From a virus (Duplodnaviria; Caudoviricetes), in IMG/VR virus record IMGVR_UViG_3300043419_001551, positions 1 through 52,358 of that record: DNA of 52,358 bases. One strand, given 5' to 3'. This document shows positions 8,642-17,445 of this stretch, piece after piece. Below the pieces are notes generated by a model, which made no database searches, was not told the origin of the DNA, and saw nothing but the letters and a program-made list of their open reading frames with translations. The stretch's first letter is position 1; every line of letters begins with the position of its first letter. The translations under genes were made by a program, and so were the position numbers.

Positions 8642-10291
8642 ATGACGACCTCGATGTCCCCGTTCGCCAAGAGCATCTACCTTGCGAAGTACGCAGCCCG
8701 TGACGAGGCCGGCGAGCTGGTCGAGACCGACTGGTCCGAGACCGCCCGCCGCGTCGTCCCGACCGTACTCGCGGCCCTCGGCTACGGCCCCGAGTCCGAC
8801 GAGGTTCGCGATCTCACGAGGCTCGTCGAAGACCGCAAGTTCGTTCCCGGTGGCAGGTACCTCTACGCGACCGGCAAGGACTATCACCAGACGAACAACT
8901 GCCTTCTGCTTCGGGCGGACGACAGTCGCGAAGGCTGGGCCGACCTGTTCCATAAGGCGGCGATGTCCTTGCAGACCGGCGCAGGCATCGGCGTGGACTA
9001 CTCGGCCGTGAGGGCCAAGGGCGCGCGTATCAAGCGCACGGGCGGCATCGCCTCGGGTCCCATCGAGTTGATGAAGGCCGTGAACGAACTGGGCCGCAGC
9101 GTCATGCAGGGCGGCAACCGCCGGTCGGCCATCTGGGCCGGTCTCAAGTGGAGCCATCCCGACGTCTTCGACTTCATCCACCTGAAGGACTGGCCGCAGT
9201 ACATCCGAGAGGCGAAGGAGAAGGACTTCAACGCTGTCGCGCCGATGGACATGACGAACATCAGCGTCCTTCTCGACGACGAGTTCTTCGCTGCGTACCA
9301 CGACGCGGGTCACGAGAAGCACGACCTTGCGAAGAAGGTCATGGTGGTCACGACCAAGCAGATGTTCATCACAGGTGAACCCGGATTCAGCGTAAATCTA
9401 GGAGAAAACGTTAACTCTACACTTAGAAACGCGTGTTGCGAGGTAGTGTCGGAAGACGACTCCGACGTGTGCAACCTCGGAAGCATCAATCTCGCTCGTG
9501 TGACGAGCCTTGAAGAGATGCGTCAGGTCACCCGCCTCGGCACCCTGTTCCTCCTCGCGGGTACGAAGTACTCGGACGTACCGTACAGCAAGGTCGCCGA
9601 GACCCGTGCGAAGAACCGCCGCCTCGGCCTCGGTCTCATGGGCCTGCACGAGTTCCTCGCGGTGCGGGGCCTGAAGTACGAGCCTTCCAAGTGGCTGGGC
9701 GAGTACCTCGTCGAGTACGCGAATAGCGGCGAGTACGCGAAGAAGTACGCGATTCAGCACGAACTCTCGGTCCCAATCGCGACTCGCGCCATCGCCCCGA
9801 CCGGAACCATCGCCATCGTGGCCGAGACGACCACGGGCATCGAGCCCATCTTCTGCGTGGCCTACAAGCGGCGCTACCTCGACGCCGGCAAGGTCTGGAA
9901 GTTCCAGTACGTCATCGACCCCACGGCTCGGAAGCTCGTCGAGCAGGGTGTCGATCCCGATGCCATCGAAGACGCCTACACCTTGTCGCTGGACATGGAG
10001 CGGCGGGTGAAGTTCCAGGCTTGGCTTCAGACCTTCGTGGACATGAGCATCTCGTCCACGATCAACATGCCCGCCTGGGGTACGCCCGCGAACGATGAGT
10101 CCATGCTGGCCGAGTACGAGCGCATTCTCATCCAGTACCTCCCGAAGATTCGCGGCATCACCGTCTACCCGGACGGCGCTCGCGGTGGTCAGCCTCTTTC
10201 CCCAGTCGCGTACTCGGTCGCTGCCGGTAACGAAGGCGTCGTCTTCGAGGAGTCGGACGAGCGTTGCCTCGGAGGCGTCTGTGGGGCCTAA
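8642..10291 (+). CDS. nrdJ: Ribonucleotide reductase, class II (adenosylcobalamin-dependent) type
   Basis: PGGR, NNC, GxGIG, RRSA, GEPG, NACCE, CNLGSINL, APTGT and C-terminal CxxxxC; no beta-subunit gene in the genome. Confidence 0.85.
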   Translation: MTTSMSPFAKSIYLAKYAARDEAGELVETDWSETARRVVPTVLAALGYGPESDEVRDLTRLVEDRKFVPGGRYLYATGKDYHQTNNCLLLRADDSREGWADLFHKAAMSLQTGAGIGVDYSAVRAKGARIKRTGGIASGPIELMKAVNELGRSVMQGGNRRSAIWAGLKWSHPDVFDFIHLKDWPQYIREAKEKDFNAVAPMDMTNISVLLDDEFFAAYHDAGHEKHDLAKKVMVVTTKQMFITGEPGFSVNLGENVNSTLRNACCEVVSEDDSDVCNLGSINLARVTSLEEMRQVTRLGTLFLLAGTKYSDVPYSKVAETRAKNRRLGLGLMGLHEFLAVRGLKYEPSKWLGEYLVEYANSGEYAKKYAIQHELSVPIATRAIAPTGTIAIVAETTTGIEPIFCVAYKRRYLDAGKVWKFQYVIDPTARKLVEQGVDPDAIEDAYTLSLDMERRVKFQAWLQTFVDMSISSTINMPAWGTPANDESMLAEYERILIQYLPKIRGITVYPDGARGGQPLSPVAYSVAAGNEGVVFEESDERCLGGVCGA

Positions 10292-10958
10292 TGAACCTAA
10301 CGACAAGGACGCCGCTCTCGACCGGCTGAAGCATCGACCGACCGAGAAGGAAACGGACGCCGGCCTCGTCGGCCGTCCGACACCGGCCTTCGTCGGCGAA
10401 GCCAAGGCGTTCTCCATGCCTCCGCCGCCCACGAACTCGTCGAAGACGACCGTCGAGGAGATGGGCAAGATTCGGCGAATGCTCAAGGACCTGAGCGACG
10501 CTCAGATTTTTCGCATCCGACACGAGGATAGGCCGGACGTCGAGACCTTGTTCGTCGAGCTGCTCGAAGAGTACGGCTTCACGGTCACAAAGCGACTCCG
10601 TAAGGAATTGGACGAACTCGCCAAGCAACTTGCGACCATCGGGTGGCACTACAAGACTCGATTCAAGAGGATGCGGCCGCAGGAGTGGCTCAAGCACAAG
10701 CGGTTCAAGACCATCCTTCCGCCTTCCAAGACCGCGAACTCGCCGTCCTACCCGTCGAACCACGCCCTTATCGGGGCGTTCTTGGCAAAGTATCTCGGTG
10801 AGAAGTTCCCGAGAGCAAAGCCCACGCTCGACGAGTTCGGCCGGCAGGTCGGCTGGAACCGGGTTCGGGCCGGATGGCACTGGCCTTCGGACTACGCCAT
10901 GGGGCGGCAACTTGCCGAGCACCTGTGGAAGCACTTTGACGAGAAGGGGATCAAGTGA
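10281..10958 (+). CDS. PAP2-superfamily phosphatase/haloperoxidase-like protein
   Basis: KxxxxxxRP, SYPSNH and RVRAGWHWPSD motifs; GGAGG RBS before GTG 10281. Confidence 0.8.
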   Translation: MGPNEPNDKDAALDRLKHRPTEKETDAGLVGRPTPAFVGEAKAFSMPPPPTNSSKTTVEEMGKIRRMLKDLSDAQIFRIRHEDRPDVETLFVELLEEYGFTVTKRLRKELDELAKQLATIGWHYKTRFKRMRPQEWLKHKRFKTILPPSKTANSPSYPSNHALIGAFLAKYLGEKFPRAKPTLDEFGRQVGWNRVRAGWHWPSDYAMGRQLAEHLWKHFDEKGIK

Positions 10959-11650
10959 GCGCACGAATCGTCGCCACCACTCAGCCCGCCCCGTGGCTCG
11001 TCGAGCGAGGCGTGAAGACCGCCGAGCACCTCATCATCTACACGGCCCGCGTATCCAACCCCGACAACCAGGACAACGTCGAGACCGGCGCGGGTCTGTT
11101 GAAGTACTGCATCCGTAAGGGTCACTGGTCCGTCTTTGAGACCGCCAGCATGACCGTCGAAATCGAGACGACCCGCGCCATCGCGGCCCAAATCCTGCGG
11201 CATCGGTCGTTCACGTTCCAAGAGTTCTCGCAGCGATACGCGAGGACGACCGATAAGGCAGCGACGACCAAGGCTCGAATGCAGGACGCGAAAAACCGGC
11301 AGTCCTCGCTTCCGTGCGAGTCCGAAGAGACGGTTTGGTGGTGGGAGCAGGAACAGCGTCGAGCGTTCCATGCGGCGGAAGAAGCCTACGCCGCGGCCCT
11401 TTCCCGAGGCATCGCCAAGGAGGTGGCCCGTATGGTCCTTCCGATGGCCACGCCGACTCGCTTGTACATGACCGGCTCGGTGCGGTCTTGGATTCACTAC
11501 CTCAAGGCCCGTCTCGACCCTGCGACTCAGCTTGAGCACAGGCTCGTGGCTGAGCAGATAGCCAACATCTTCGACGACGAATTCCCTGTCGTTGCGGCAG
11601 CTTGCGGTGTGTGGAAAAAAGTCGTTGACCTGTACGACGAGGAAGCCTAA
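10955..11650 (+). CDS. thyX: FAD-dependent thymidylate synthase
   Basis: GHWSVFE and the RHRSFTFQEFSQRY ThyX signature. Confidence 0.95.
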   Translation: MSARIVATTQPAPWLVERGVKTAEHLIIYTARVSNPDNQDNVETGAGLLKYCIRKGHWSVFETASMTVEIETTRAIAAQILRHRSFTFQEFSQRYARTTDKAATTKARMQDAKNRQSSLPCESEETVWWWEQEQRRAFHAAEEAYAAALSRGIAKEVARMVLPMATPTRLYMTGSVRSWIHYLKARLDPATQLEHRLVAEQIANIFDDEFPVVAAACGVWKKVVDLYDEEA

Positions 11651-11710
11651 AAGGCCGTCAGCGGTCGGGACGTCCCCGACCCGGTGGGCCGAAAGGCCGG
11701 TGAGGTTACA

Positions 11711-12163
11711 ATGGCGATTTGGGATGGCATTGAGAACGTGGTCGCTTCACAGAAGCTCCCCTTTCTGAACGTCGGTTCGTACCGCGTGTCCCTCGTGAAG
11801 GCCGAGGAGGGCATGGGCGGTCTGACCAAGGAACCCTACTTCCGCGCGACGTACCGCGTGGTCGAGGCGAAGGGCGAGGGCGCGACGAGCGTCGGCACGG
11901 TTGCGTGCGTCGTGTTCAAGCGCGACAAGTACGGCTACTTCCTCAAGGACATCAAGAACCTCTGTGCCGCCATCCTCGCGGTTCCGGCGCACGAGGTCAC
12001 GGGCGAGCTGATCACCGGCATCGTTGACACGGACGAGGCCATCGGCGTCGAGTTCCAGGTCGACGTGACGTCGGAAGCCAAGAAGAACGGTCTCGGCAAC
12101 GTCACCAAGCACCGCTTCTTCGCGGTGGCCGACGGCGGCGCGAACGCCCCGGCTCCGTTCTAG
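11711..12163 (+). CDS. Putative single-stranded DNA-binding protein (DUF669-like)
   Basis: GAGG RBS; beta-rich OB-like pattern (GSYRVSLVKAE), C-terminal PF; located before the polymerase. Confidence 0.5.
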   Translation: MAIWDGIENVVASQKLPFLNVGSYRVSLVKAEEGMGGLTKEPYFRATYRVVEAKGEGATSVGTVACVVFKRDKYGYFLKDIKNLCAAILAVPAHEVTGELITGIVDTDEAIGVEFQVDVTSEAKKNGLGNVTKHRFFAVADGGANAPAPF

Positions 12164-12210
12164 TTCCACAAGGTTCCAGACCGTTCCAAACGAGGTCGAG
12201 GGGCCTCGTC

Positions 12211-12303
12211 ACGAAAAGCCGACCGCTTGCCACAGTCCGACCTTGGATTCCCCTCTCCAAGCGACCGGTCCCTGCCTGTGGTGAGCGGTCGGCCTCTTTT
12301 CGT
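12211..12303 (+). ncRNA. Long imperfect intergenic hairpin, candidate structured RNA or terminator
   Basis: ACGAAAAG-CCGACCGCTTGCCACAG pairs with CTGTGGTGAGCGGTCGG-CTTTTCGT; inner TTGGA/TCCAA stem. Confidence 0.4.
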
Positions 12304-12430
12304 CGTCCTGCGGGGGACGACCGAGGGTGACCATGATTTCAAAGATTTGGCGAGCGCTCTTTCCCAAGGCGCTGACCGAAGAGCAGAAGCGGTTCGCGGT
12401 GCTGCTGGCTGTGTCATGTGAGCGTGTGCG

Positions 12431-15301
12431 ATGAGAGTCGTCGCCTTCGACACCGAGACTCATCTCATCCAGCCCGGTCTTCTCACGCCGAAGCTCGTGT
12501 GCGTGTCGGTAGCTGATGAAAACGGCGTATGGCTGCACGACCGGCGCTACGGCACCGACTACGTCGAGATGCTGCTCGGTGACCCCGATGTCGCGCTCGT
12601 CGGCCACAACGTCGCCTATGACCTCGGGGTTCTATGCGCTCGTCGTCCCGAGCTGATTCCTCTCGTTTTCCAAGCCTACGAGCAGGGCCGCATCTGGGAT
12701 ACCAAGGTCCGTCAGGAGCTCCTCGACATCGCCTCCGGTCGTAGCCAGCGCAACGGTGCGACCTTCGCACTCCGCAACGGCGAGTGGGTCAAGGCAGGCT
12801 ACTCGCTCGCCGGTCTTGCCGGTCACTACCTCGGGAAGGACCGCTTCGCCGAGAAGACCGATGAGAACGCCTGGCGGATGCGCTACCACGAGCTGGAAGA
12901 CGTGCCGCTCGACCAGTGGCCCGTCGAGGCGACGGCCTACGCCAAGGAAGACGCCGAGGACACGCTCGCCATCTTCCTGAAGCAGGGCGGCGTGGACGGG
13001 GCAGTACCCACCGAGCAGGAACAGGTCCGAGCGGCGTGGGCGCTGCACCTCATGAGCGTGTGGGGCGTGCGAACCGACGCGACCTCGGTGGCGGACCTCG
13101 AACAGCGACTCCTCACCGAACAGGCCCGTCTTCGCAAGCGAGTCATTCAGGCCGGCATCCTCGTTCCCAAGCGCGTCCCCGAAGACGAGGCCGAGTTCCA
13201 TGAAGAGGTCACGAAGCGTCGGAAGGCCACGAAGAAGGACCTTCAGCCCGCGCTCGACGGCTCGACGCCGGAGATTGAGTACGAGGACGGTGTTCCGTAT
13301 GTCGTCACGCGGACCACGGTCCCGATGCGCTGGGCGAAAGACAGCAAGAAAATCGAGGCGTACACCCAGCGTTACCTGACCCGTCGAGGCATGGACGTCG
13401 AGCTGACGGCGACGGGTCGCGTGAGCACAGCCAAGGACACGCTCAAGCAGACCGGCTCGCTGCTTCTCGACCTCGTGGCCGATGGCGGCGGCGTGGACAA
13501 AGTGCTCGGCACCTACGTTCCGGTGCTGAAGGACGGCACGCAGCGGCCCATCAACGCGCGGTTCAACGTCCTCGTGAACTCGGGCCGGACGAGCTGCGTC
13601 TCGGGCGACACGCTCGTTCGCACGAGCACTGGCTACAAGCCGATGCTGGCCGTTCAGATTGGCGATCTCGTTTGGACGCACAAGAACCGCTTCCGTCCCG
13701 TGACGCGGTTCCTGCACCAAGGCATCAGGGACGTTGTGGAACTGACGTTTAGCAACGGGAATGTTTTGGTTTGCACAACAGACCATAGGCTGCTAGGCTC
13801 CGATGGACGGTGGGTTACCGTCGAGGAGCTTGTCAATGAGCATCAGCAAGAAGTGGGTTGCGGACCCAGAGAATCAGGCCAAGGCTACAAAGCTGTATCG
13901 CGAAACGTCGAAGACGATGCAGGAAATTGCGGCCGAGCTTCAGACGACGCTACACAACGTCGGGGCGGTTCTAGATCAGTACATCCCGCCGCAGGAAAGG
14001 CAGCGGCTTGCGTCAGTTCGGTATCATCTGTCGAAGGTCGGCAGCAAGAATCCGATGAAGGGCAAGACTCGCGAGCAGCATCACAACTGGCTCGGAGCGG
14101 TGGACGACGGCTACGGTTATCTGACCATCCTACACGAGGGGAAGAGGCAGTTCGTGCATCGGATTGTGATGGCTCAGGCACTGGGGTTGGCGGAACTGCC
14201 CGAGGACCTTGCGGTGCATCACATCGATGGGGACAAGAAGAACAACAGTCTGGACAATCTGGCCTTGGTCACGAAGCGCGGACATCGGATGATTCACACG
14301 CTTCAGAAGACAACAACCGAGGAGTTGTTCTTGAAGCGTGCCACCATCGGGGAAGCCATGAAGTATTTGACCTCACAGTCTTAGACGACGAGAGTTACGA
14401 GGCCATGGGACTGTTTTCCCATAATTGCTCTCTTCCCAACCTCCAGAACCTCCCCTCGGGTCGAAAGGTCGGCGGGACTCGGGAGTGCTTCGTCCCCCGC
14501 GACGGCTACGTCTTCGTGTCGGTGGACTACGACACGCTGGAGCTCCGCGCTCTCGCTCAGGTCTGCCTGACGTTGTTCGGCAAGAGCGAGATGGCGGCTA
14601 GCATCAACAACGACCGCGACCTCCACTCGCAGGTCGGCGCGACGATGCTCGGCATGACCTACGAGGACGTCGAGAAGGGGAAGAAGGTCAAGGGTTCTCC
14701 AGCCAAGACCGCCCGAGATGCCGCCAAGGTCTTCAATTTCGGCGCTCCCGGTGGTCTCGGTGCCGCGTCCCTAGTCGACTACGCCCGTGCTGGCTACGGG
14801 GTTACCATCAACGAGCAGCAGGCCCGGGAGATGAAGGCCCAGTGGCTCAAGGCGTGGCCGGAGATGGTGACCTACTTCGAGTGGGTCAATCATGCCGTAG
14901 GCTTGGGCGAGGCGGTCCTGCGGCACCCTATCACCGGCTTCGTTCGCGGGGATGTGGGCTACACGGACGGCTGTAACCACCTGTTCCAGCACCTCGCCGC
15001 CCAAGGGGCCAAGAGGGCGCTCTTTCAGGCGGCACTCGAAGCCTACGCCGACCCGACCTCGGCCTTCTACGGGTCGCGTCCGGTGGTCTTCGTTCACGAC
15101 GAGATCATCGCCGAGGTGCCAAAGGACCGTGCCGCCGCCGCTTCAGCCCGTTTGGCGCAGATTATGTGCGCGAAGATGGCCGAAATCATCCCCGACGTGA
15201 AGATCACTGCCTCGCCCACGCTCATGCACTACTGGACGAAGGACGCCGTTGAAACCTACGACGCGAACGGAACGCTGATTCCGTGGGAGAAGACCCGATG
15301 A
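12431..15301 (+). CDS. polA: Family A DNA polymerase (3'-5' exonuclease plus polymerase), intein-containing precursor
   Basis: Exo motifs AFDTET, GHNVAYD, YAKED; GRTS/CSLPNLQNLP; motif A DYDTLELR, motif B RDAAKVFNFG, motif C VHDE. Confidence 0.92.
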   Translation: MRVVAFDTETHLIQPGLLTPKLVCVSVADENGVWLHDRRYGTDYVEMLLGDPDVALVGHNVAYDLGVLCARRPELIPLVFQAYEQGRIWDTKVRQELLDIASGRSQRNGATFALRNGEWVKAGYSLAGLAGHYLGKDRFAEKTDENAWRMRYHELEDVPLDQWPVEATAYAKEDAEDTLAIFLKQGGVDGAVPTEQEQVRAAWALHLMSVWGVRTDATSVADLEQRLLTEQARLRKRVIQAGILVPKRVPEDEAEFHEEVTKRRKATKKDLQPALDGSTPEIEYEDGVPYVVTRTTVPMRWAKDSKKIEAYTQRYLTRRGMDVELTATGRVSTAKDTLKQTGSLLLDLVADGGGVDKVLGTYVPVLKDGTQRPINARFNVLVNSGRTSCVSGDTLVRTSTGYKPMLAVQIGDLVWTHKNRFRPVTRFLHQGIRDVVELTFSNGNVLVCTTDHRLLGSDGRWVTVEELVNEHQQEVGCGPRESGQGYKAVSRNVEDDAGNCGRASDDATQRRGGSRSVHPAAGKAAACVSSVSSVEGRQQESDEGQDSRAASQLARSGGRRLRLSDHPTRGEEAVRASDCDGSGTGVGGTARGPCGASHRWGQEEQQSGQSGLGHEARTSDDSHASEDNNRGVVLEACHHRGSHEVFDLTVLDDESYEAMGLFSHNCSLPNLQNLPSGRKVGGTRECFVPRDGYVFVSVDYDTLELRALAQVCLTLFGKSEMAASINNDRDLHSQVGATMLGMTYEDVEKGKKVKGSPAKTARDAAKVFNFGAPGGLGAASLVDYARAGYGVTINEQQAREMKAQWLKAWPEMVTYFEWVNHAVGLGEAVLRHPITGFVRGDVGYTDGCNHLFQHLAAQGAKRALFQAALEAYADPTSAFYGSRPVVFVHDEIIAEVPKDRAAAASARLAQIMCAKMAEIIPDVKITASPTLMHYWTKDAVETYDANGTLIPWEKTR
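13595..14425 (+). mobile_element. Intein (277 aa) in the DNA polymerase
   Basis: Block A CVSGDTLV, block B CTTDHRL, block F VFDLTV, terminal HN followed by C+1; removing it restores the GRTS-CSLPNLQN motif. Confidence 0.93.
13836..14384 (+). CDS. HNH homing endonuclease nested in the +1 frame inside the intein
   Basis: GAGGAG RBS 7 nt before ATG; HTH-like N-terminus, GSKNPMKGK (NUMOD3-like), HRIVM...VHHIDGDKKNNSLDNL HNH motif. Confidence 0.9.
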   Translation: MSISKKWVADPENQAKATKLYRETSKTMQEIAAELQTTLHNVGAVLDQYIPPQERQRLASVRYHLSKVGSKNPMKGKTREQHHNWLGAVDDGYGYLTILHEGKRQFVHRIVMAQALGLAELPEDLAVHHIDGDKKNNSLDNLALVTKRGHRMIHTLQKTTTEELFLKRATIGEAMKYLTSQS

Positions 15302-16392
15302 AGATCATCGTGAAGAAGACCGACCTTGCCGCCATCCTGCACCGTGCCACGACCGTGACCGAGACGAAGGCTACCATGCCCATCCTCTCGGCGGTCCTGC
15401 TGGAGGACATCGGCGACGGCATGACCGTCCGGGCCTACGACCTCGAGGTCGGGTACTTCGGCTTCGTCACCGGCGAGGTGTCGAAGCCCGGTAAGGTTGC
15501 CGTGAACGCGAAGACTTTGGGCGAGGTCGTCAAGGGCTTGCCCGAGGCCACGGTCACCTTGTCGGCTGAGAAGAACCGGCTCGTCGTGACCTCGGGCGGC
15601 AGCGAGTACCGGCTGTCGACCTTGTCCGCCGAGGAGTACCCCGCGCTGCCCGAGAAGTCGGACGGCATCGACTTTCGGCTAAAGGCCCGCGACTTCGCCT
15701 CGGTCCTCGGTCGGGTCGGCTACGCTCAGTCCACCGACGAGACGCGCTACTCGCTTAACGGCACGCTGCTCGAAGGTGCGGACGGCGTTCTCGGGACCAC
15801 GGCGACGGACGGTCACCGGCTCGTCCACTCGGGCCTGCGGTGCGGTGCTCCCGACTTCAAGGGCGTCATCGTCAGCCGCAAGACCACCCGCCTCCTGCGG
15901 TCCATCCTCGACACGCTCGGCGAGACCGAGGTGTCGGTGACCGTGAGCGAGAACGCCATCGCGCTCGACACGGAGCACGAGCGGGTCGTCGCTCGGCTCA
16001 TCGACGGCGCGTACCCCGACTACGTTGGCATCTACCCCGAGACCGAAGCCAAGAGCACGCTCGACGTGAAGGAGCTGTCGTCGGTGCTCGGTCGTCTCAA
16101 GGTCGTCTCCGACTCGACGAAGTGGACCGTGGGCGGCGGCGTGGTCAAGTTCCGAGCCTTCGACCCCGACCTCGGGGAGGTCGAGGATTGGATGCACCAC
16201 GGCAACGACGCCAAAGACGTGACCTTCGGTGTGAACGGGGCCTACATTCGCGAGGCCGTGTCGGTCGTGACCGGCGGGTCGGTGGACGTGTTCTTCCCTG
16301 CCGACGACCTCACGCCGGTCGTCCTGCGGTACCCGGGGCTGTCCGATGGGCTGGAGGACTACGCCATCGTCATGCCCATGCGGGTGAAGTGA
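15298..16392 (+). CDS. dnaN: DNA polymerase III beta subunit (sliding clamp)
   Basis: MPILSAVLL, AYDLE, STDETRYSLNG, ATDGHRL, RLIDGAYPDY, IVMPMRV; full length. Confidence 0.92.
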   Translation: MKIIVKKTDLAAILHRATTVTETKATMPILSAVLLEDIGDGMTVRAYDLEVGYFGFVTGEVSKPGKVAVNAKTLGEVVKGLPEATVTLSAEKNRLVVTSGGSEYRLSTLSAEEYPALPEKSDGIDFRLKARDFASVLGRVGYAQSTDETRYSLNGTLLEGADGVLGTTATDGHRLVHSGLRCGAPDFKGVIVSRKTTRLLRSILDTLGETEVSVTVSENAIALDTEHERVVARLIDGAYPDYVGIYPETEAKSTLDVKELSSVLGRLKVVSDSTKWTVGGGVVKFRAFDPDLGEVEDWMHHGNDAKDVTFGVNGAYIREAVSVVTGGSVDVFFPADDLTPVVLRYPGLSDGLEDYAIVMPMRVK

Positions 16393-16928
16393 TGACTCAC
16401 CTCGTCTCTCTCGACCCCGGACTCCGGGGCTGCGGCGTGGCTTGGTGGCACGCGAACGGGAGCCTCGCCCACGTCGCCTACCTTCGCAATCCCGTGAAGA
16501 AGGGCGACGGTCCCGCCGCGTGGATGGGGTACGACTCGGTCGTGCTCTATGACAATCGGCCCGACTACTTCATCTCCGAGGTCCCGCAGGTCTACCGAGC
16601 CGGGGCGTCGAAAGGCGACCCGGACGACCTCATCCAGCTCGCGGGTGTGGTCGGGGTCTTCGCCCAGGCTTTCCGAGCGACGACGCACCTCGGCGTCAAG
16701 CCGAGGGAGTGGAAGGGCCAAGTCCCCAAGGACGTCCACCACGCCCGCCTCATGAAGACCCTGACCCCCGAGGAGCTGGCGATGGTGGAAGCGGCAGCAC
16801 CCCCGTCCCTCCGTCACAATGTGCTGGACGCGGTCGGGATAGGGCGGTATTGGTTCGACTCGCTTCGTAGAGAAGCGACCGTGGTCGAAAAACCGGCAAG
16901 AATACCGAGGAGGAGATTCACGCGATGA
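16392..16928 (+). CDS. RuvC-like Holliday junction resolvase
   Basis: LVSLDPG...GVA, ISE, PREWK, HNVLDAVGI. Confidence 0.75.
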   Translation: MTHLVSLDPGLRGCGVAWWHANGSLAHVAYLRNPVKKGDGPAAWMGYDSVVLYDNRPDYFISEVPQVYRAGASKGDPDDLIQLAGVVGVFAQAFRATTHLGVKPREWKGQVPKDVHHARLMKTLTPEELAMVEAAAPPSLRHNVLDAVGIGRYWFDSLRREATVVEKPARIPRRRFTR

Positions 16929-17290
16929 CCCCCGAGAAACACGACCCGTGGGCGCTGCTGCGCGAGGCGAAACGACTTATCGCCGCAAACCGCTTGATGC
17001 TTGGTCACTACTCTGGGGTCCGAGAAATCGGCAGCCTAGAGGACCGCATCGACGCCGCGCTCGCGGAGCGGCAGGACTCCGCTACGGACGTTGTGGAGTG
17101 GGAGGTGTGCGGCAGCGGCTTCAGCATCTACATCGCGAGCATGGATGACGACACGACCCTCGATGCCATTCGCCTCAATAGCGGGGATTGGCGTTGGTCG
17201 GCCGAGGTGGACCGCCGGAAGTGTGGCACCTGCGCCACCGAGGCCGAGGCCAAGTCCGCCGCCATCGCGGCGGCGAGGGGGATGCGATGA
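16925..17290 (+). CDS. Hypothetical protein
   Basis: ATGA overlap with the upstream gene; GGAGGAG RBS. Confidence 0.65.
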   Translation: MTPEKHDPWALLREAKRLIAANRLMLGHYSGVREIGSLEDRIDAALAERQDSATDVVEWEVCGSGFSIYIASMDDDTTLDAIRLNSGDWRWSAEVDRRKCGTCATEAEAKSAAIAAARGMR

Positions 17291-17445
17291 TCTTTTCTGT
17301 CGAAGAAATGTTGGCTCCTGGTTTTGGTGTGGCGCGCCTTGAGAAAGTCGTCGAGGCGTTGGGTGCACGGGTTGCAGAGCTTGAGAAGAAGCTCGCACAA
17401 TCCGAACACGGTACTCGTCGCGACTTCTGCCCGAGGTGCAAGTGA
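17287..17445 (+). CDS. Small hypothetical protein (C-terminal CPRC)
   Basis: ATGA translational coupling. Confidence 0.5.
   Translation: MIFSVEEMLAPGFGVARLEKVVEALGARVAELEKKLAQSEHGTRRDFCPRCK

Noticed and set aside
13595-14425. Group I intron in the polymerase
   Set aside because: The insertion is in frame with no stops and has all protein-splicing motifs, so an intein explains it
15840-16391. N-terminal extension of the resolvase ORF
   Set aside because: It is a shadow frame of dnaN; RuvC motifs start at ATG 16392
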